Virus record (IMG/VR): IMGVR_UViG_3300035232_000453
Length of the DNA: 64,000 nt
Strand: one strand, 5' to 3'
Source of the DNA: a virus
Made by a program: the position numbers and the translations under genes. This document shows, in pieces, positions 16,936-27,194 of this stretch (position 1 is its first letter; each line of letters opens with the position of its first letter). The notes under the pieces were generated by a model, which was not told the DNA's origin, did no database searches, and saw only the letters and a program-made list of their open reading frames with translations.

Positions 16936-17512
16936 CTTGTAATCTATCTGAATAATCGTTTAATTTATCTATTGTTTCAGTATCACCAGACATTTTTGCT
17001 ATTTTTTTAGCAATGTCTAAATTATTTGTTGTATATTTTTTTAATTCTTCTTTAGTAATATCTAGATGCGTATTACAATCAATAAACAAATCTTCATAAT
17101 CAACGTAAATTAATTCGTGTACTTTTTTTAATGTTTCTTCTGCTTCGTTATAATTATCTAGTGTAAAATTTTTACTTGCATCAACAATTGTATTTAAAGT
17201 AAACTGTTTAAGATAATCTTCATCATGGGTATGTTCTATAGTTCTAAGCCAAATAAGATACGATAAACAAAATACAGTAGGAGCCATTAAGTTTCCAACT
17301 TCTAGTTCATACTCTTCTTTTATATGAGTTTGAATATCTGTTAATTGTTGTTTTTCTTGTTCGGTTAAAAAATTAGGTACACCAGAAATGCCTTTGTGTT
17401 TTTGCATTTTCTTAATACCTAGTTGCATTTCGCTAAACCAATTTGGTCTTACTATAATTGCTTTTTCAGAATCACCAAGTCTAGTAATTCCATAGTTCAT
17501 AAAATTAAGCAT
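16928..17512 (-). CDS. Hypothetical protein
   Basis: 194-aa ORF coupled to the gp46 stop. Confidence 0.6.
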   Translation of the reverse strand: MLNFMNYGITRLGDSEKAIIVRPNWFSEMQLGIKKMQKHKGISGVPNFLTEQEKQQLTDIQTHIKEEYELEVGNLMAPTVFCLSYLIWLRTIEHTHDEDYLKQFTLNTIVDASKNFTLDNYNEAEETLKKVHELIYVDYEDLFIDCNTHLDITKEELKKYTTNNLDIAKKIAKMSGDTETIDKLNDYSDRLQGG

Positions 17513-19280
17513 CTATTACCTCTATCTCTGTATTAAATGTAGTGAAGCCATTTTCTTTAGTAACTTGCAATACACTTTGTACACGACCAACTAGCTCATC
17601 TCTATGTGAAATAAGTAGAATATTCTTTTCTCTATCACGTTCCATCTTTTTCAATACGCCTAATGCACTTTCTACACCAATTGTATCCATACCACTGTCA
17701 ACTAGTTCGTCAATACAAACAAAGTTAATAGGATGATTCATACTTTCAAAGACATCACGGAAACTCCAACTCAGTCCAAGTATTAATCTGTTACGCTCAC
17801 CTCTTGACAAGTTATCAAAATCTAAATCTTGTCCAAGTTGTGTAATAGTTACAGTTAGGTCACTTTGGAATTGTACTTCGTGTGGTAAACCTAAACGTGT
17901 AATATAATATTCTAATCGTGTGTTTAAGAACTGCAAGTTCTGTTCAATAATCTTTTTACGAATAAAACTATCTTTGTTAGTTAATAGTTTTAATAAAAAG
18001 TCTTGATGTTCTCTTAGTTCCTCAAGTCTATTTACCTCTGCCCAATTTACTTCTTGTAGGCCAGTTTCTGTTAGACTATCAATTTGTTCTATATATGGAT
18101 TTGTTTCTTCCTTAGCATTATTTAATGCAGTTTGTAACTTATCTATTTTGCTTTGATGTTTGTATGCTTCTTGTAGTGTGTTATACTCTGTGCGTGGTGC
18201 AACACCTAGCTCTCCTAAGTCTGCAATTGCAGTATTGTATTCTGTAATTAATTGATTATCATCGTCTAAATGTTTTTGACTTTCATCTACAAGTTCTGTT
18301 TTTTGTACAACAATTTTATCATGTTGTTCGTCGTGTATTTCTTGTCCACATGCATAACATTTGTGTTCTAATGTTGAATTTAGATCAGTTTGTGCTTTAG
18401 TTAAACGCTTAGTCTCACGCTCAACACTACTTGTTAGTCTAGCAATCTCGGCAGTTAATGTATCTATTTGATTCTTTTTTTCATTAAATTTTGTAAATTC
18501 TTCGTGTGCTTTTATTTCAGCATCAATGTCGATGTGTTCTAATGCAGCCAGTTCGCTAGTGTTTTCTTGTATGCGTTCTTGTAGTTGTGTAGCCCATGTT
18601 TTTTGCCTACGCTCTAAATCTTTAATGCTACTGCCAATGCGATCATTAGCATCTTCTATGCCTTTGATTCTAAATGTTTCTTCTGTAATTCTGTCTTTAG
18701 TGCCTTTAAGAAGGTCTTTTAGTATGTCTGCCTTCTCACTAAGTTTAGTAATACCTAGCAACTGTTCAATCATTTCACGCTGATCGTTTGCTCGCATACT
18801 TAGGAATGGATCAGTGTAAGTGTTCAGTGCAACAATGTGCTTAAACATTGTATGACTCATGCCTAGTAGTTGTTCAATTACTGCTTGACTCTGTCTACCT
18901 TCGCCTTGCATCTCATCTGTAATGCCTTCGTTGTTATCTATGTCATTGATTAGATATTTAAATACATTAGGCTTACGACCACGTTCAATTCTATACGCTT
19001 GTCCGTTCATTTCAAAGTCACAAGTAACCATCATGTTTTTATTATTGGTTTTGTTGACTAAGTTATCTTTTTTAATATTATAAAGTGCAGCACCATATAG
19101 TGCATAACTAAGTGCGTTAACAATGGTAGTTTTACCTGTACCATTACGAGAGCCATCGCCACCCAAGTCCAAGTTGTTACCCAACACAAGTGTTAAGCCT
19201 GCGTTGTCAAAGTGAACTGCCTGTGTGACATTGCCCACACTCATAAAATTCTTTACAGTGATATTTTTAATTATTAGCAT
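17505..19280 (-). CDS. gp46: Recombination endonuclease ATPase subunit (SbcC/Rad50-like)
   Basis: Walker A GSRNGTGKTT, coiled coil with CYAC zinc hook, LSRGE signature, Walker B CIDE, ISH. Confidence 0.93.
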   Translation of the reverse strand: MLIIKNITVKNFMSVGNVTQAVHFDNAGLTLVLGNNLDLGGDGSRNGTGKTTIVNALSYALYGAALYNIKKDNLVNKTNNKNMMVTCDFEMNGQAYRIERGRKPNVFKYLINDIDNNEGITDEMQGEGRQSQAVIEQLLGMSHTMFKHIVALNTYTDPFLSMRANDQREMIEQLLGITKLSEKADILKDLLKGTKDRITEETFRIKGIEDANDRIGSSIKDLERRQKTWATQLQERIQENTSELAALEHIDIDAEIKAHEEFTKFNEKKNQIDTLTAEIARLTSSVERETKRLTKAQTDLNSTLEHKCYACGQEIHDEQHDKIVVQKTELVDESQKHLDDDNQLITEYNTAIADLGELGVAPRTEYNTLQEAYKHQSKIDKLQTALNNAKEETNPYIEQIDSLTETGLQEVNWAEVNRLEELREHQDFLLKLLTNKDSFIRKKIIEQNLQFLNTRLEYYITRLGLPHEVQFQSDLTVTITQLGQDLDFDNLSRGERNRLILGLSWSFRDVFESMNHPINFVCIDELVDSGMDTIGVESALGVLKKMERDREKNILLISHRDELVGRVQSVLQVTKENGFTTFNTEIEVIDA

Positions 19281-19282
19281 GT

Positions 19283-20305
19283 TTAAGTTGTTAGTCCTGT
19301 ATAAATGTCTACTAGTATTTGTTTCTTGATAGTATCGCTTTGTACTGATTCTAATTGCGACAATACAATAGTGTCTACATTTTCTACTTGAATGTCTACA
19401 CCTTTATTCCAGTCTTGTGTGTGTTCTTCTTTTTTACTTGGCATAAGAGTAATCTCACGCAAGTCGTATTGTTTAGCAAATGTTTCTTTAATAAAGTTTG
19501 CTTCTTCATATGTAATGCCTACATCTAAACTAACACGAGCATGTGTTTTAGATCCCAAGAACTTGTCTGGGTTATCAATTAGTTTACTTAATGTTAGTGT
19601 ACGATACTTTGGTGCATCTGGCCATGCTTGATAATCAATTGTGCCATCCCAATCTAAGAACATACATCCTCTATCATCATCCCATGCATCAGCATAGTTG
19701 TGTGGGAAGCAGTTACCTGGATAAATTACATTACCACGCTCTTGTCTTTTATGGAAGTGTCCACTAAAAACTTTCTCAGGTCTTGATAAATCTTCTGCTT
19801 TAAGTCCGCCGTGATCTGGCATTTGTACAAGTGCATTCATATAAAAACTAGGCAATTCAAAATGCCCAAACATAAATTTACAATCAATCTCTTTTAGTTT
19901 CTTCCACTCGTCATCACATAACCAAGGAATAAACGCAACACCATCTTCAATAAACATTTCATTGTTTATCATTCTAATGTTTTTAAATTCTTCGATCATT
20001 GATAAACTATGTATCTCACGCTTCTCACGATAATATAAATCGTGATTGCCTGTAATCATAATAACTTCTTCAAATGATTCACTGAGTTTACGCAAATTAC
20101 TAGTTGTGTAATTGAGTGTACTAACATTAATGCTTGCACGGTTGTGATGCCAGTCGCCTAAAAAGAAACATTTTTTAATGCCTCGTTTATGTGCTTCTTC
20201 GATCATCCATGTAATAAAATCTTCACAATCCTGATTGTGATGTCTACTGTTATTCTTCATGCCAAAGTGAATATCAGTAAAAATTACTGCCTTATCAAAA
20301 AACAT
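19283..20305 (-). CDS. gp47: Recombination endonuclease nuclease subunit (SbcD/Mre11-like)
   Basis: DIHFG, LGDWHH, GNHD, GHF, SGHFH metallophosphoesterase motifs. Confidence 0.93.
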   Translation of the reverse strand: MFFDKAVIFTDIHFGMKNNSRHHNQDCEDFITWMIEEAHKRGIKKCFFLGDWHHNRASINVSTLNYTTSNLRKLSESFEEVIMITGNHDLYYREKREIHSLSMIEEFKNIRMINNEMFIEDGVAFIPWLCDDEWKKLKEIDCKFMFGHFELPSFYMNALVQMPDHGGLKAEDLSRPEKVFSGHFHKRQERGNVIYPGNCFPHNYADAWDDDRGCMFLDWDGTIDYQAWPDAPKYRTLTLSKLIDNPDKFLGSKTHARVSLDVGITYEEANFIKETFAKQYDLREITLMPSKKEEHTQDWNKGVDIQVENVDTIVLSQLESVQSDTIKKQILVDIYTGLTT

Positions 20306-21223
20306 TTATTCTCCAGTTTCTTCGTTGTCTACTTCTGGTACTTTATAGTTTGTTACTTTAACTGTAGGATTCATTTCTTTTTTCTTAGTCTCATTTTTAA
20401 TATGAGCTTCCCATTCAGCATTAAATGTTCTAGTGCTACTTGGGTTTAATCCTTCTTCTTCTAGTAAGTCATCTCTGATATTTTGACTACGCTTTTCTAA
20501 GTTTAACACTCTTGTAAAACTATTATTGATTGCTGCAGTATAATAAGCAAATGGATTTTGTGATTTAAGTTCATTAAATTGCAATCCAATTTGTGCAAGT
20601 TGCAATAATGCTTGTCCACGCATTTCATCTACATATGTATAACCTCTCCAGTTACCACGCATGCTATAGCGTTCGCATAATTTAATATACATTCTTGCTA
20701 GTTGTTCTGTTGTTTGACCGTGATGGACATTGAAGTGTCCATTGTCTTTGCCACCTTCCCAATGACTACGTGCTACTTCTGACCAATCACCTTTAATTAC
20801 TGCATAGTGTTTAAAAGGAGGAAAGTTACATTTAGCATGTAGATCAGCTTCAGTCTTTGGTTTGTTTTTTCTGTTTTCTTCTGGCACATGTTCAAATGTC
20901 ATTACTCTTACTACAATGTCGTCGTCATTGATAGTTTCAACATCTACTGCAAAATCTGCCGCTCTTGGCTTAGTTTTTTTGCCTGTTAAGCCTTGTTCCC
21001 AACGAGCAACCTCTGCCTGATGAGCTAGTTTTTGTAGTCTTGTTGCTCTATTTTGTTTTGCTTCAGCAACGGCTTCCGGAGTAATTTCATCAAAACCTGT
21101 TACAATAAGATCAAAGTGTGTATAGTTTTCATCATGTGTCCAACAATATGTCATTTTACTGTTATGTATTTCTCTTAACAAGTCTTTGTTTGTTAAGTAA
21201 AAAGTCTTTTTTGGTTTATTCAT
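20306..21223 (-). CDS. gp55: Late-transcription sigma factor, gp55-like, with an N-terminal insertion
   Basis: YLTNKDLL, NWRGYTYVDEM, KSQNPFAYYT; T4-like synteny 55-47-46. Confidence 0.8.
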   Translation of the reverse strand: MNKPKKTFYLTNKDLLREIHNSKMTYCWTHDENYTHFDLIVTGFDEITPEAVAEAKQNRATRLQKLAHQAEVARWEQGLTGKKTKPRAADFAVDVETINDDDIVVRVMTFEHVPEENRKNKPKTEADLHAKCNFPPFKHYAVIKGDWSEVARSHWEGGKDNGHFNVHHGQTTEQLARMYIKLCERYSMRGNWRGYTYVDEMRGQALLQLAQIGLQFNELKSQNPFAYYTAAINNSFTRVLNLEKRSQNIRDDLLEEEGLNPSSTRTFNAEWEAHIKNETKKKEMNPTVKVTNYKVPEVDNEETGE

Positions 21224-21251
21224 ATCTTGAGATTTCCTTTATTTACTTAGT

Positions 21252-21281
21252 ATTATACAGCAGACCCGGCCCTAATGTCAA
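21252..21281 (-). promoter_or_regulatory. Consensus sigma70 promoter TTGACA-N18-TATAAT for the gp55-47-46 operon
   Basis: Perfect hexamers: -35 at 21281-21276, -10 at 21257-21252. Confidence 0.8.
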
Positions 21282-21297
21282 CCGGTTTTTTCAATTA

Positions 21298-21305
21298 GAT
21301 AAATA
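21298..21305 (+). promoter_or_regulatory. Late promoter GATAAATA for the baseplate operon
   Basis: 20 nt upstream of ATG 21326, GGAG RBS in between. Confidence 0.6.
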
Positions 21306-21325
21306 CTACGAACGGAGAAGTAATT

Positions 21326-21937
21326 ATGTTAATTGAACATGTTTTAAAAGAGGAAGTTGACAACATAGCTGTATTTTATGGCGGTCGTTTCCAACCTATG
21401 CACCAAGGACATCACGATGTTTATAAACATCTGGTTCAAAAGTTTGGTGCGGATAATGTATTTATCGCCACAACATTTAGTCAAAAAGCTGTCAAAGCCC
21501 ACTCAAAAGGTGACTTTAGTAGTGATCCCTTTACATTTGATGAAAAGGCAAGCATTATGAATAAGATGTTTAATATACCCGGAGATAAGATTATTAAAAC
21601 AAATCCATACAGACCAGATATGGATGCAGCAGGCAGAGATCCAAACACCACTGCACAGATACTTGTGTATGGTGAGAAGGACGCAAATAGACTTGCAACA
21701 GGCGGAGAAGGGTTCTTACATAAACTACCAAATGATATGAATGAATTGATTCCAACTGCACAAGAAAGAGGCTACGTATATGTAGCACCACTAATGCAAG
21801 GTGGAATGAGTGCAAGTGACTTCCGTGCAGACATGGCAAGCGAAGGTAACGAAGAATCTAAAAAGCAAGCATTTACTAAGTTCTTTGGAAAATACAATGA
21901 ACAGATTTTTAAGTTTATTGAAGAGAGGTTAACATAA
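21326..21937 (+). CDS. Cytidylyltransferase-like (HIGH-motif) nucleotidyltransferase
   Basis: YGGRFQPMHQGH (HxGH), DPFTFDEK, YGEKD, MSASDFR. Confidence 0.8.
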   Translation: MLIEHVLKEEVDNIAVFYGGRFQPMHQGHHDVYKHLVQKFGADNVFIATTFSQKAVKAHSKGDFSSDPFTFDEKASIMNKMFNIPGDKIIKTNPYRPDMDAAGRDPNTTAQILVYGEKDANRLATGGEGFLHKLPNDMNELIPTAQERGYVYVAPLMQGGMSASDFRADMASEGNEESKKQAFTKFFGKYNEQIFKFIEERLT

Positions 21938-22560
21938 TGGCAGGCATATCAGAATCAAATAAAGTAAGTTTAGTACTTAAACAAAAAGGTAAACCATTTT
22001 TTACAATGGGAATATTGAGACCTTTAAGTGAAATAGGCGGTGTACTTTTTCCATATACTCCAACTATTCAAGTATCGCATGCTGCTAATTACGGAACATA
22101 TGATATAACAGGATCAGTTTATCAACAGAATTATTATATTAATACTGCAAACCCAGGACTAAGTGTAACTGCTATGTTTACATGCAACACAGAAGAAGAA
22201 ACACTATATACGGCAGCAGCTTTTCAATTTTTTAAAACTTGTACTAAATCTGAGTTTGGTATATCTGCTGGAGATAAAGCTGGTACTCCTCCTCCAATTT
22301 TAAGATTTAATGCGTATGGATCTGTGCACCATAGAAACGTGCCATGCATATTGCGAAGCTTTACATATACATTACCAGAAGATGTTGACTATGTAGAAGT
22401 AGACGTTGCAGGTGAAAAAATAAGTCTACCTACCCAAACTATTGTGTCGCTTGAACTTACACCGCAATTACCTCCAAAGACAGTAAAAGATAAATTTAAT
22501 ATAAGAACATTTGCATCGGGTAGTTTACTTAGCGGTGGAAACAACGGAGGGTTTATGTAA
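21937..22560 (+). CDS. Tail-tube initiator / baseplate tube-cap-like protein
   Basis: FPYTPTI, GTPPPILRFNAYG...NVPCILRSFTYTLP; precedes LysM and hub genes as in contractile tails. Confidence 0.6.
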   Translation: MAGISESNKVSLVLKQKGKPFFTMGILRPLSEIGGVLFPYTPTIQVSHAANYGTYDITGSVYQQNYYINTANPGLSVTAMFTCNTEEETLYTAAAFQFFKTCTKSEFGISAGDKAGTPPPILRFNAYGSVHHRNVPCILRSFTYTLPEDVDYVEVDVAGEKISLPTQTIVSLELTPQLPPKTVKDKFNIRTFASGSLLSGGNNGGFM

Positions 22561-22844
22561 TGGCAACATACAGAACAGATAGCGTATACAGAGATACAGA
22601 AATTATCAATGATCAATATCTAGACATATTAAATATTGATACAATTGATGTTAAAAATACCACAACTAAAATTATTACACTGGATTCAAAATATGATCAA
22701 AAACCAGACCTATTAGCAAATGACTTATATAATAATGCAAAGCTATGGTGGGTATTTGCATTATTCAATCAAGACAGTTTAGTAGATCCAATTGTGGACT
22801 TTAAAGCAGGATTAAAAATTAAAGTACCAACAAGGTTCTCATAA
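22560..22844 (+). CDS. gp53: Baseplate wedge protein, gp53-like (LysM-type)
   Basis: KPDLLANDLYNNAKLWWVFALFN...DPI.DF..G..I.VP. Confidence 0.75.
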   Translation: MATYRTDSVYRDTEIINDQYLDILNIDTIDVKNTTTKIITLDSKYDQKPDLLANDLYNNAKLWWVFALFNQDSLVDPIVDFKAGLKIKVPTRFS

Positions 22845-22845
22845 C

Positions 22846-25227
22846 ATGGCAAATACACTAGCGGACAGAAACAACAATCCAGGTAATATAAGATATAACA
22901 GTAACATACCTTGGCAAGAGAAAATACCCGGCGGAGGCGAAGGAGGATTTGAAGGATTCACCACTCCCGAGCATGGGGTAAGAGCCGCTGCTAAAAATCT
23001 ATATACATCTCAAGAACGATATGGAAATAATTCAGTAGCGTCTATTGTTTCACAATGGGCACCACCAGGTGAAAATCCTACGGATGCATACATAAGCAAA
23101 GTAGCAAATGATTTGGGCGTTGATCCATATGCTGATCTAGGATCACTAAGAGATAATCCACAACTAACCGCAGACTTGGTAAAGTCCATGACAAATATGG
23201 AAGGTGGTACTGTTGGCGCTGATGGAAAATACACAGATAACGTAATTAAAAATGGTGTGGCTTTAGCAAACGGAACACCAGAGTCAGATATTACATTTTC
23301 CGAACAAGACACAGACCATAACCCAAATTTATATAGTGAAGCAGAAAACAACACAGATGAAATTGATACAAGTGAGGCAGCAGCAGAAAGCAGTTCTAGT
23401 AGCATAGCTACTGTAAGTGATATAATTACACCAAACTGGTTAAGTACTGTTGATAGCCCAACTTATAGGTGGACGTTATACATAGTTGATAACGAAACTT
23501 TTAACAATCCAAGCTCACTAGGAAATGATGACGCATTGCTTAATAGCAAGAAAGCATTTATTATTGCTAAGACAGGAGAGACAACGGAATTTTCTATAGA
23601 CAACTTTGCATGTATATCAGTTGTTACACCTGGACAACGTCACGGTAATACAACTCCTGGAATAATACAATTTGATTTATTTGAGACATTGGGTTTTACG
23701 TTTTTAGACAAGGCGCTTAAAGCAGGTATAGTATTAAACAAGCCAGCAAGTTTACATTCTCAGAATTATATTTTAAAACTAGAATTTCTAGGAAGAGATG
23801 CAGCAACAGGCGGCTCAACAATATATCCAGGAACATTTTTATATCCAGTAAAATTAAATCAAATTAGAAGTACAACTGGTCCAGAAGGAACACGCTATAA
23901 TATAGTTGCATGGTCGATAATCAAACATGCACAAACTGAAAGTGTCACTGATACACCGATAACAATAAAATCTGTAACTACAGTAAAAGATTTTGCTGAA
24001 GGTTTAGAAAAGGCATATAATACTGGAATCATAGATGGAATGAATCCAAAAGACTATAAAGAAGGTACTCCTCCTCCTAAGCAAATAAAAATTGTATTTG
24101 ATAAATCATCAAGAATAGTATCACGTCCTAATACAATTACAGCAAAATTAGATAGTTTTGATTTAAAATATAATGCATGGGGTGAAGCAGATGGAAGTGG
24201 CGGTCCACGTTCGTTTTCAGATGTAAATTCATTTGATGTAACAATAGAAAGAGAAACAAATCTATCAATGAGCATTGCAGAGTTGATTGAAAAGAATTGT
24301 ATACCTTGGCAAAATTATGTTATAAAGTCACAAGAAGAAGGCCTTACTCCGTATATTACAGTAGATCCAATATATGCATATCCTCCACGTGCACCAAGAA
24401 AGTACTATGCTAATTTAGAGCCAATACTAATTACATATCATATTAAAATAGGAATAAGTACTAGTACGCCAAATCTAAGTATAGCTGAACATAATAAACA
24501 ATTTAAGGATGCATCCTTTCAAACATCAAAAATTAATTCATTACCTATTGAAAAATCATATACGTTTTTATATTCTGGATTAAATACAGAAGTAATAAAT
24601 TATCAAATTGATTTAGAGGGATTGTATGTAGTAGTTGACACTCCTGCTTCTGGAGTATACAGAAACGGAAAAGATGCAGATGGTGAAGAACAATTTGTTA
24701 GCACAGAATTAACGTCTCCTTATTTAGAAGATATACCACAAGGTTCTATTTCATCTGGATTTAATAATTTAGTAGTAGGTGGAACTGCAAAAGCAGATTC
24801 GGCAGATAATGCACAAGTAAATGAAATTAGTAAAAATAATATTGCAGCGATATCCTCTAGGGCATCACAAATGGCAAAGCGTGAATTTGATGCTTATCAG
24901 TTTGATTTAGAAATTAAAGGTGATCCGTACTGGATGGGAAATATGCAAGCAACTATCAAAGGAAAACTACAAACACCAGATTATAGTACACGCGATGCAT
25001 TGATAAGTTTTGTACAATACAATCCCAATGCAGATAAGTTGCTCACCGAGCAAACAAAAGGACCAGTTGATATTGTTTCATCTGGAATATATAAATTAAC
25101 AAAAATTGAAAGTAGATTTCAAGGTGGACGTTTTACACAATCATTAAGTGGTTACAAGGATGTTACAACAAATACAGCATTGGTTTTAAATAAACTAATA
25201 GATTTATCAGAAAAAGGCGGAGGTTAA
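22846..25227 (+). CDS. Baseplate hub protein (gp27/VgrG-like) with an N-terminal putative muramidase domain
   Basis: N-terminal RNNNPGNIR...WAPPGEN...AY...MEG; C-terminal IKGDPYW, GIYKLTKIESRFQGGRFTQSL. Confidence 0.7.
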   Translation: MANTLADRNNNPGNIRYNSNIPWQEKIPGGGEGGFEGFTTPEHGVRAAAKNLYTSQERYGNNSVASIVSQWAPPGENPTDAYISKVANDLGVDPYADLGSLRDNPQLTADLVKSMTNMEGGTVGADGKYTDNVIKNGVALANGTPESDITFSEQDTDHNPNLYSEAENNTDEIDTSEAAAESSSSSIATVSDIITPNWLSTVDSPTYRWTLYIVDNETFNNPSSLGNDDALLNSKKAFIIAKTGETTEFSIDNFACISVVTPGQRHGNTTPGIIQFDLFETLGFTFLDKALKAGIVLNKPASLHSQNYILKLEFLGRDAATGGSTIYPGTFLYPVKLNQIRSTTGPEGTRYNIVAWSIIKHAQTESVTDTPITIKSVTTVKDFAEGLEKAYNTGIIDGMNPKDYKEGTPPPKQIKIVFDKSSRIVSRPNTITAKLDSFDLKYNAWGEADGSGGPRSFSDVNSFDVTIERETNLSMSIAELIEKNCIPWQNYVIKSQEEGLTPYITVDPIYAYPPRAPRKYYANLEPILITYHIKIGISTSTPNLSIAEHNKQFKDASFQTSKINSLPIEKSYTFLYSGLNTEVINYQIDLEGLYVVVDTPASGVYRNGKDADGEEQFVSTELTSPYLEDIPQGSISSGFNNLVVGGTAKADSADNAQVNEISKNNIAAISSRASQMAKREFDAYQFDLEIKGDPYWMGNMQATIKGKLQTPDYSTRDALISFVQYNPNADKLLTEQTKGPVDIVSSGIYKLTKIESRFQGGRFTQSLSGYKDVTTNTALVLNKLIDLSEKGGG

Positions 25228-25229
25228 AA

Positions 25230-26438
25230 ATGGCAGGACTAATAAAGCACGACGGTGTGCATGTTTCAAGTAGAGGCAAACAAAGCAGTGGAGTAGGTGT
25301 TAATAATCTCAGCGGAATATACATAGGCGAAGTTATAGATAATAAAGACAGTTTATATACTGGCAGAATAACTGTGCGTATATCTGAATTTGGTGCAAAG
25401 GATAATGATCGAATTTGCCTATTAGCAGTACCATACGGCGGCCACTCAAAAGTCAATGATAGTGGAGCAGATGAACAAAATGAAGCAGAAGCACCGCTTA
25501 GTTATGGAATGTGGCCACAGCCACCAGAACTAGGATCAAATGTTATTGTTGCATATACAACCAGTCACGAAAATGGTGTTGTAATGGGTTCATTGATCTC
25601 AAAAGATAGAAATGCTATGATGGGCGGAAGAGCAAGCGGACCAATATATGCAGACGGCGAAACTAGCCTAGGACCAATTGGTGCTGAGAAAAATCCAAGA
25701 GATAAAAATGATGCAGACACAAAACCACTAGATGAATACTTCCAGTCAGTATTAAATCAACAAGGCCTAAGTGTTGACTATGTTAGAGGACATAGTCAAA
25801 GTAGTGCAAGAAGAGAATCACCTAGTAAGGTATTTGGAATTACGACACGCCAAGGACATGTACTGTCAATGGACGACGGTGATGACAGTGGTGCTAGTAA
25901 CAATATTAGATTGAGAACTAGAAGCGGCGCTCAGATTTTAATGGATGATAGTAATGGATTTGTTTTCGTTACAAATCAATCAGGCGATGCTTGGGTTGAA
26001 ATGGATGCTTCTGGACATGTAGATGTTTATAGTAAAGCAGGCATAAGCATGCACACTGAAGGCGACTATAATGTACACGCTAAAGGTAGTATTAACATGG
26101 AAGCCGAAATTGGAGTTAACATAAAAAGTTCAGGCGGCGATGGAATAAAATTAGAAACAACAAGTGGTGGGATAGATATTTTTAGTGAACTATCTATGCA
26201 CATAGAATCAAAAGCAAATTATCATTTATTAGTAAGGGGTAATCAAGTTATCAAAGGCGCCAAGATAGACATGAACGGACCACAGCCAGAATCTGCTACA
26301 AAAACTACAGTACAAAATCAAACACCAAATGATAACGTAAAAACTAGTGTAGCTAGTAGAGTTCCAGAACATCATCCTTGGAAGGGTGTTAGTGCAGTCG
26401 AAGAAACGTTCACTGCTGGTAAGGGTAATACTGTATAA
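25230..26438 (+). CDS. gp5: Baseplate central spike, gp5/gpV-like (OB-fold plus beta-helix, no lysozyme domain)
   Basis: YIGEVIDNKD...GRITVRI, PPELGSNVIV, RTRSGAQILMDD, periodic beta-helix repeats, C-terminal RVPEHHPW. Confidence 0.75.
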   Translation: MAGLIKHDGVHVSSRGKQSSGVGVNNLSGIYIGEVIDNKDSLYTGRITVRISEFGAKDNDRICLLAVPYGGHSKVNDSGADEQNEAEAPLSYGMWPQPPELGSNVIVAYTTSHENGVVMGSLISKDRNAMMGGRASGPIYADGETSLGPIGAEKNPRDKNDADTKPLDEYFQSVLNQQGLSVDYVRGHSQSSARRESPSKVFGITTRQGHVLSMDDGDDSGASNNIRLRTRSGAQILMDDSNGFVFVTNQSGDAWVEMDASGHVDVYSKAGISMHTEGDYNVHAKGSINMEAEIGVNIKSSGGDGIKLETTSGGIDIFSELSMHIESKANYHLLVRGNQVIKGAKIDMNGPQPESATKTTVQNQTPNDNVKTSVASRVPEHHPWKGVSAVEETFTAGKGNTV

Positions 26439-27145
26439 TGCAATCGTTTAATTTACAATCAACTGTTAATAATAAAAACCTAATAGACTATTCTCTATTT
26501 AAAGTTTTAGATAGTGTTGCAACAAGCACACAGATACCATTGTCGCAACTAGAAGCAAGTGACAAATTAATAAACTTAAAACTTAGAACTACTGAATGGC
26601 TTGGATATGAAAAAAATTCCATGATAGGATATAAATCAAAAACTGGCTTAGGTGGATCAGGAATAACAGAACAAGATGCTTATATTGTTTGGATAGAAGA
26701 TTTTAAAGATAAAGAAAAAAGATTTAAAAAGTTATTTCCATTAACTTCATTAACACAATCACAATACGATTCTATGCTAGGTCTATACACAGATACCGGT
26801 TCGTTTAGATTTGTTGGTACTGAAAATAGAAAATTTGAACTACAACAATTTATTATTGACGGCAAATGGGATCATGTCGCTACTGCTTTAACAATTAGCG
26901 GCGCAAACAGATTATCGAGACAAGCAGAAGCAAAAATACTAATGCTTGGAGATTACGGAGCAACTAAAAGTAGAACACTTATTAAGCAACAAGGAATACA
27001 AACACTTGTTAAAGAATACAGTAACAAGCAACTATCTGATTTACAATCAAATCAAGCCGAATATGTTTATTATGCTGAAACAAAAAGATTTTTACCTAAC
27101 ATGACTGAAAGTAGAAAACAATTACTAGTTAAACAACTCAGTTAA
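26438..27145 (+). CDS. Lysozyme-fold protein, apparently degenerate
   Basis: MIGY, LTQSQYDSML and RLSRQAEA resemble GH24 TIGY, LTQNQFDAL and LxxRRxxE motifs. Confidence 0.5.
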   Translation: MQSFNLQSTVNNKNLIDYSLFKVLDSVATSTQIPLSQLEASDKLINLKLRTTEWLGYEKNSMIGYKSKTGLGGSGITEQDAYIVWIEDFKDKEKRFKKLFPLTSLTQSQYDSMLGLYTDTGSFRFVGTENRKFELQQFIIDGKWDHVATALTISGANRLSRQAEAKILMLGDYGATKSRTLIKQQGIQTLVKEYSNKQLSDLQSNQAEYVYYAETKRFLPNMTESRKQLLVKQLS

Positions 27146-27152
27146 CTCACTG

Positions 27153-27160
27153 CATAAATA
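27153..27160 (+). promoter_or_regulatory. Late promoter CATAAATA
   Basis: In the gap upstream of the HNH gene. Confidence 0.55.
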
Positions 27161-27194
27161 TTTAAATACTAATATAATACAAGGAATTTTTATC

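Noticed and set aside
16925-16940. Frameshift joining the 194-aa ORF to the downstream 50-aa frame
   Set aside because: Would need a +1 shift with no stimulator visible; an overlapping GTG start is simpler
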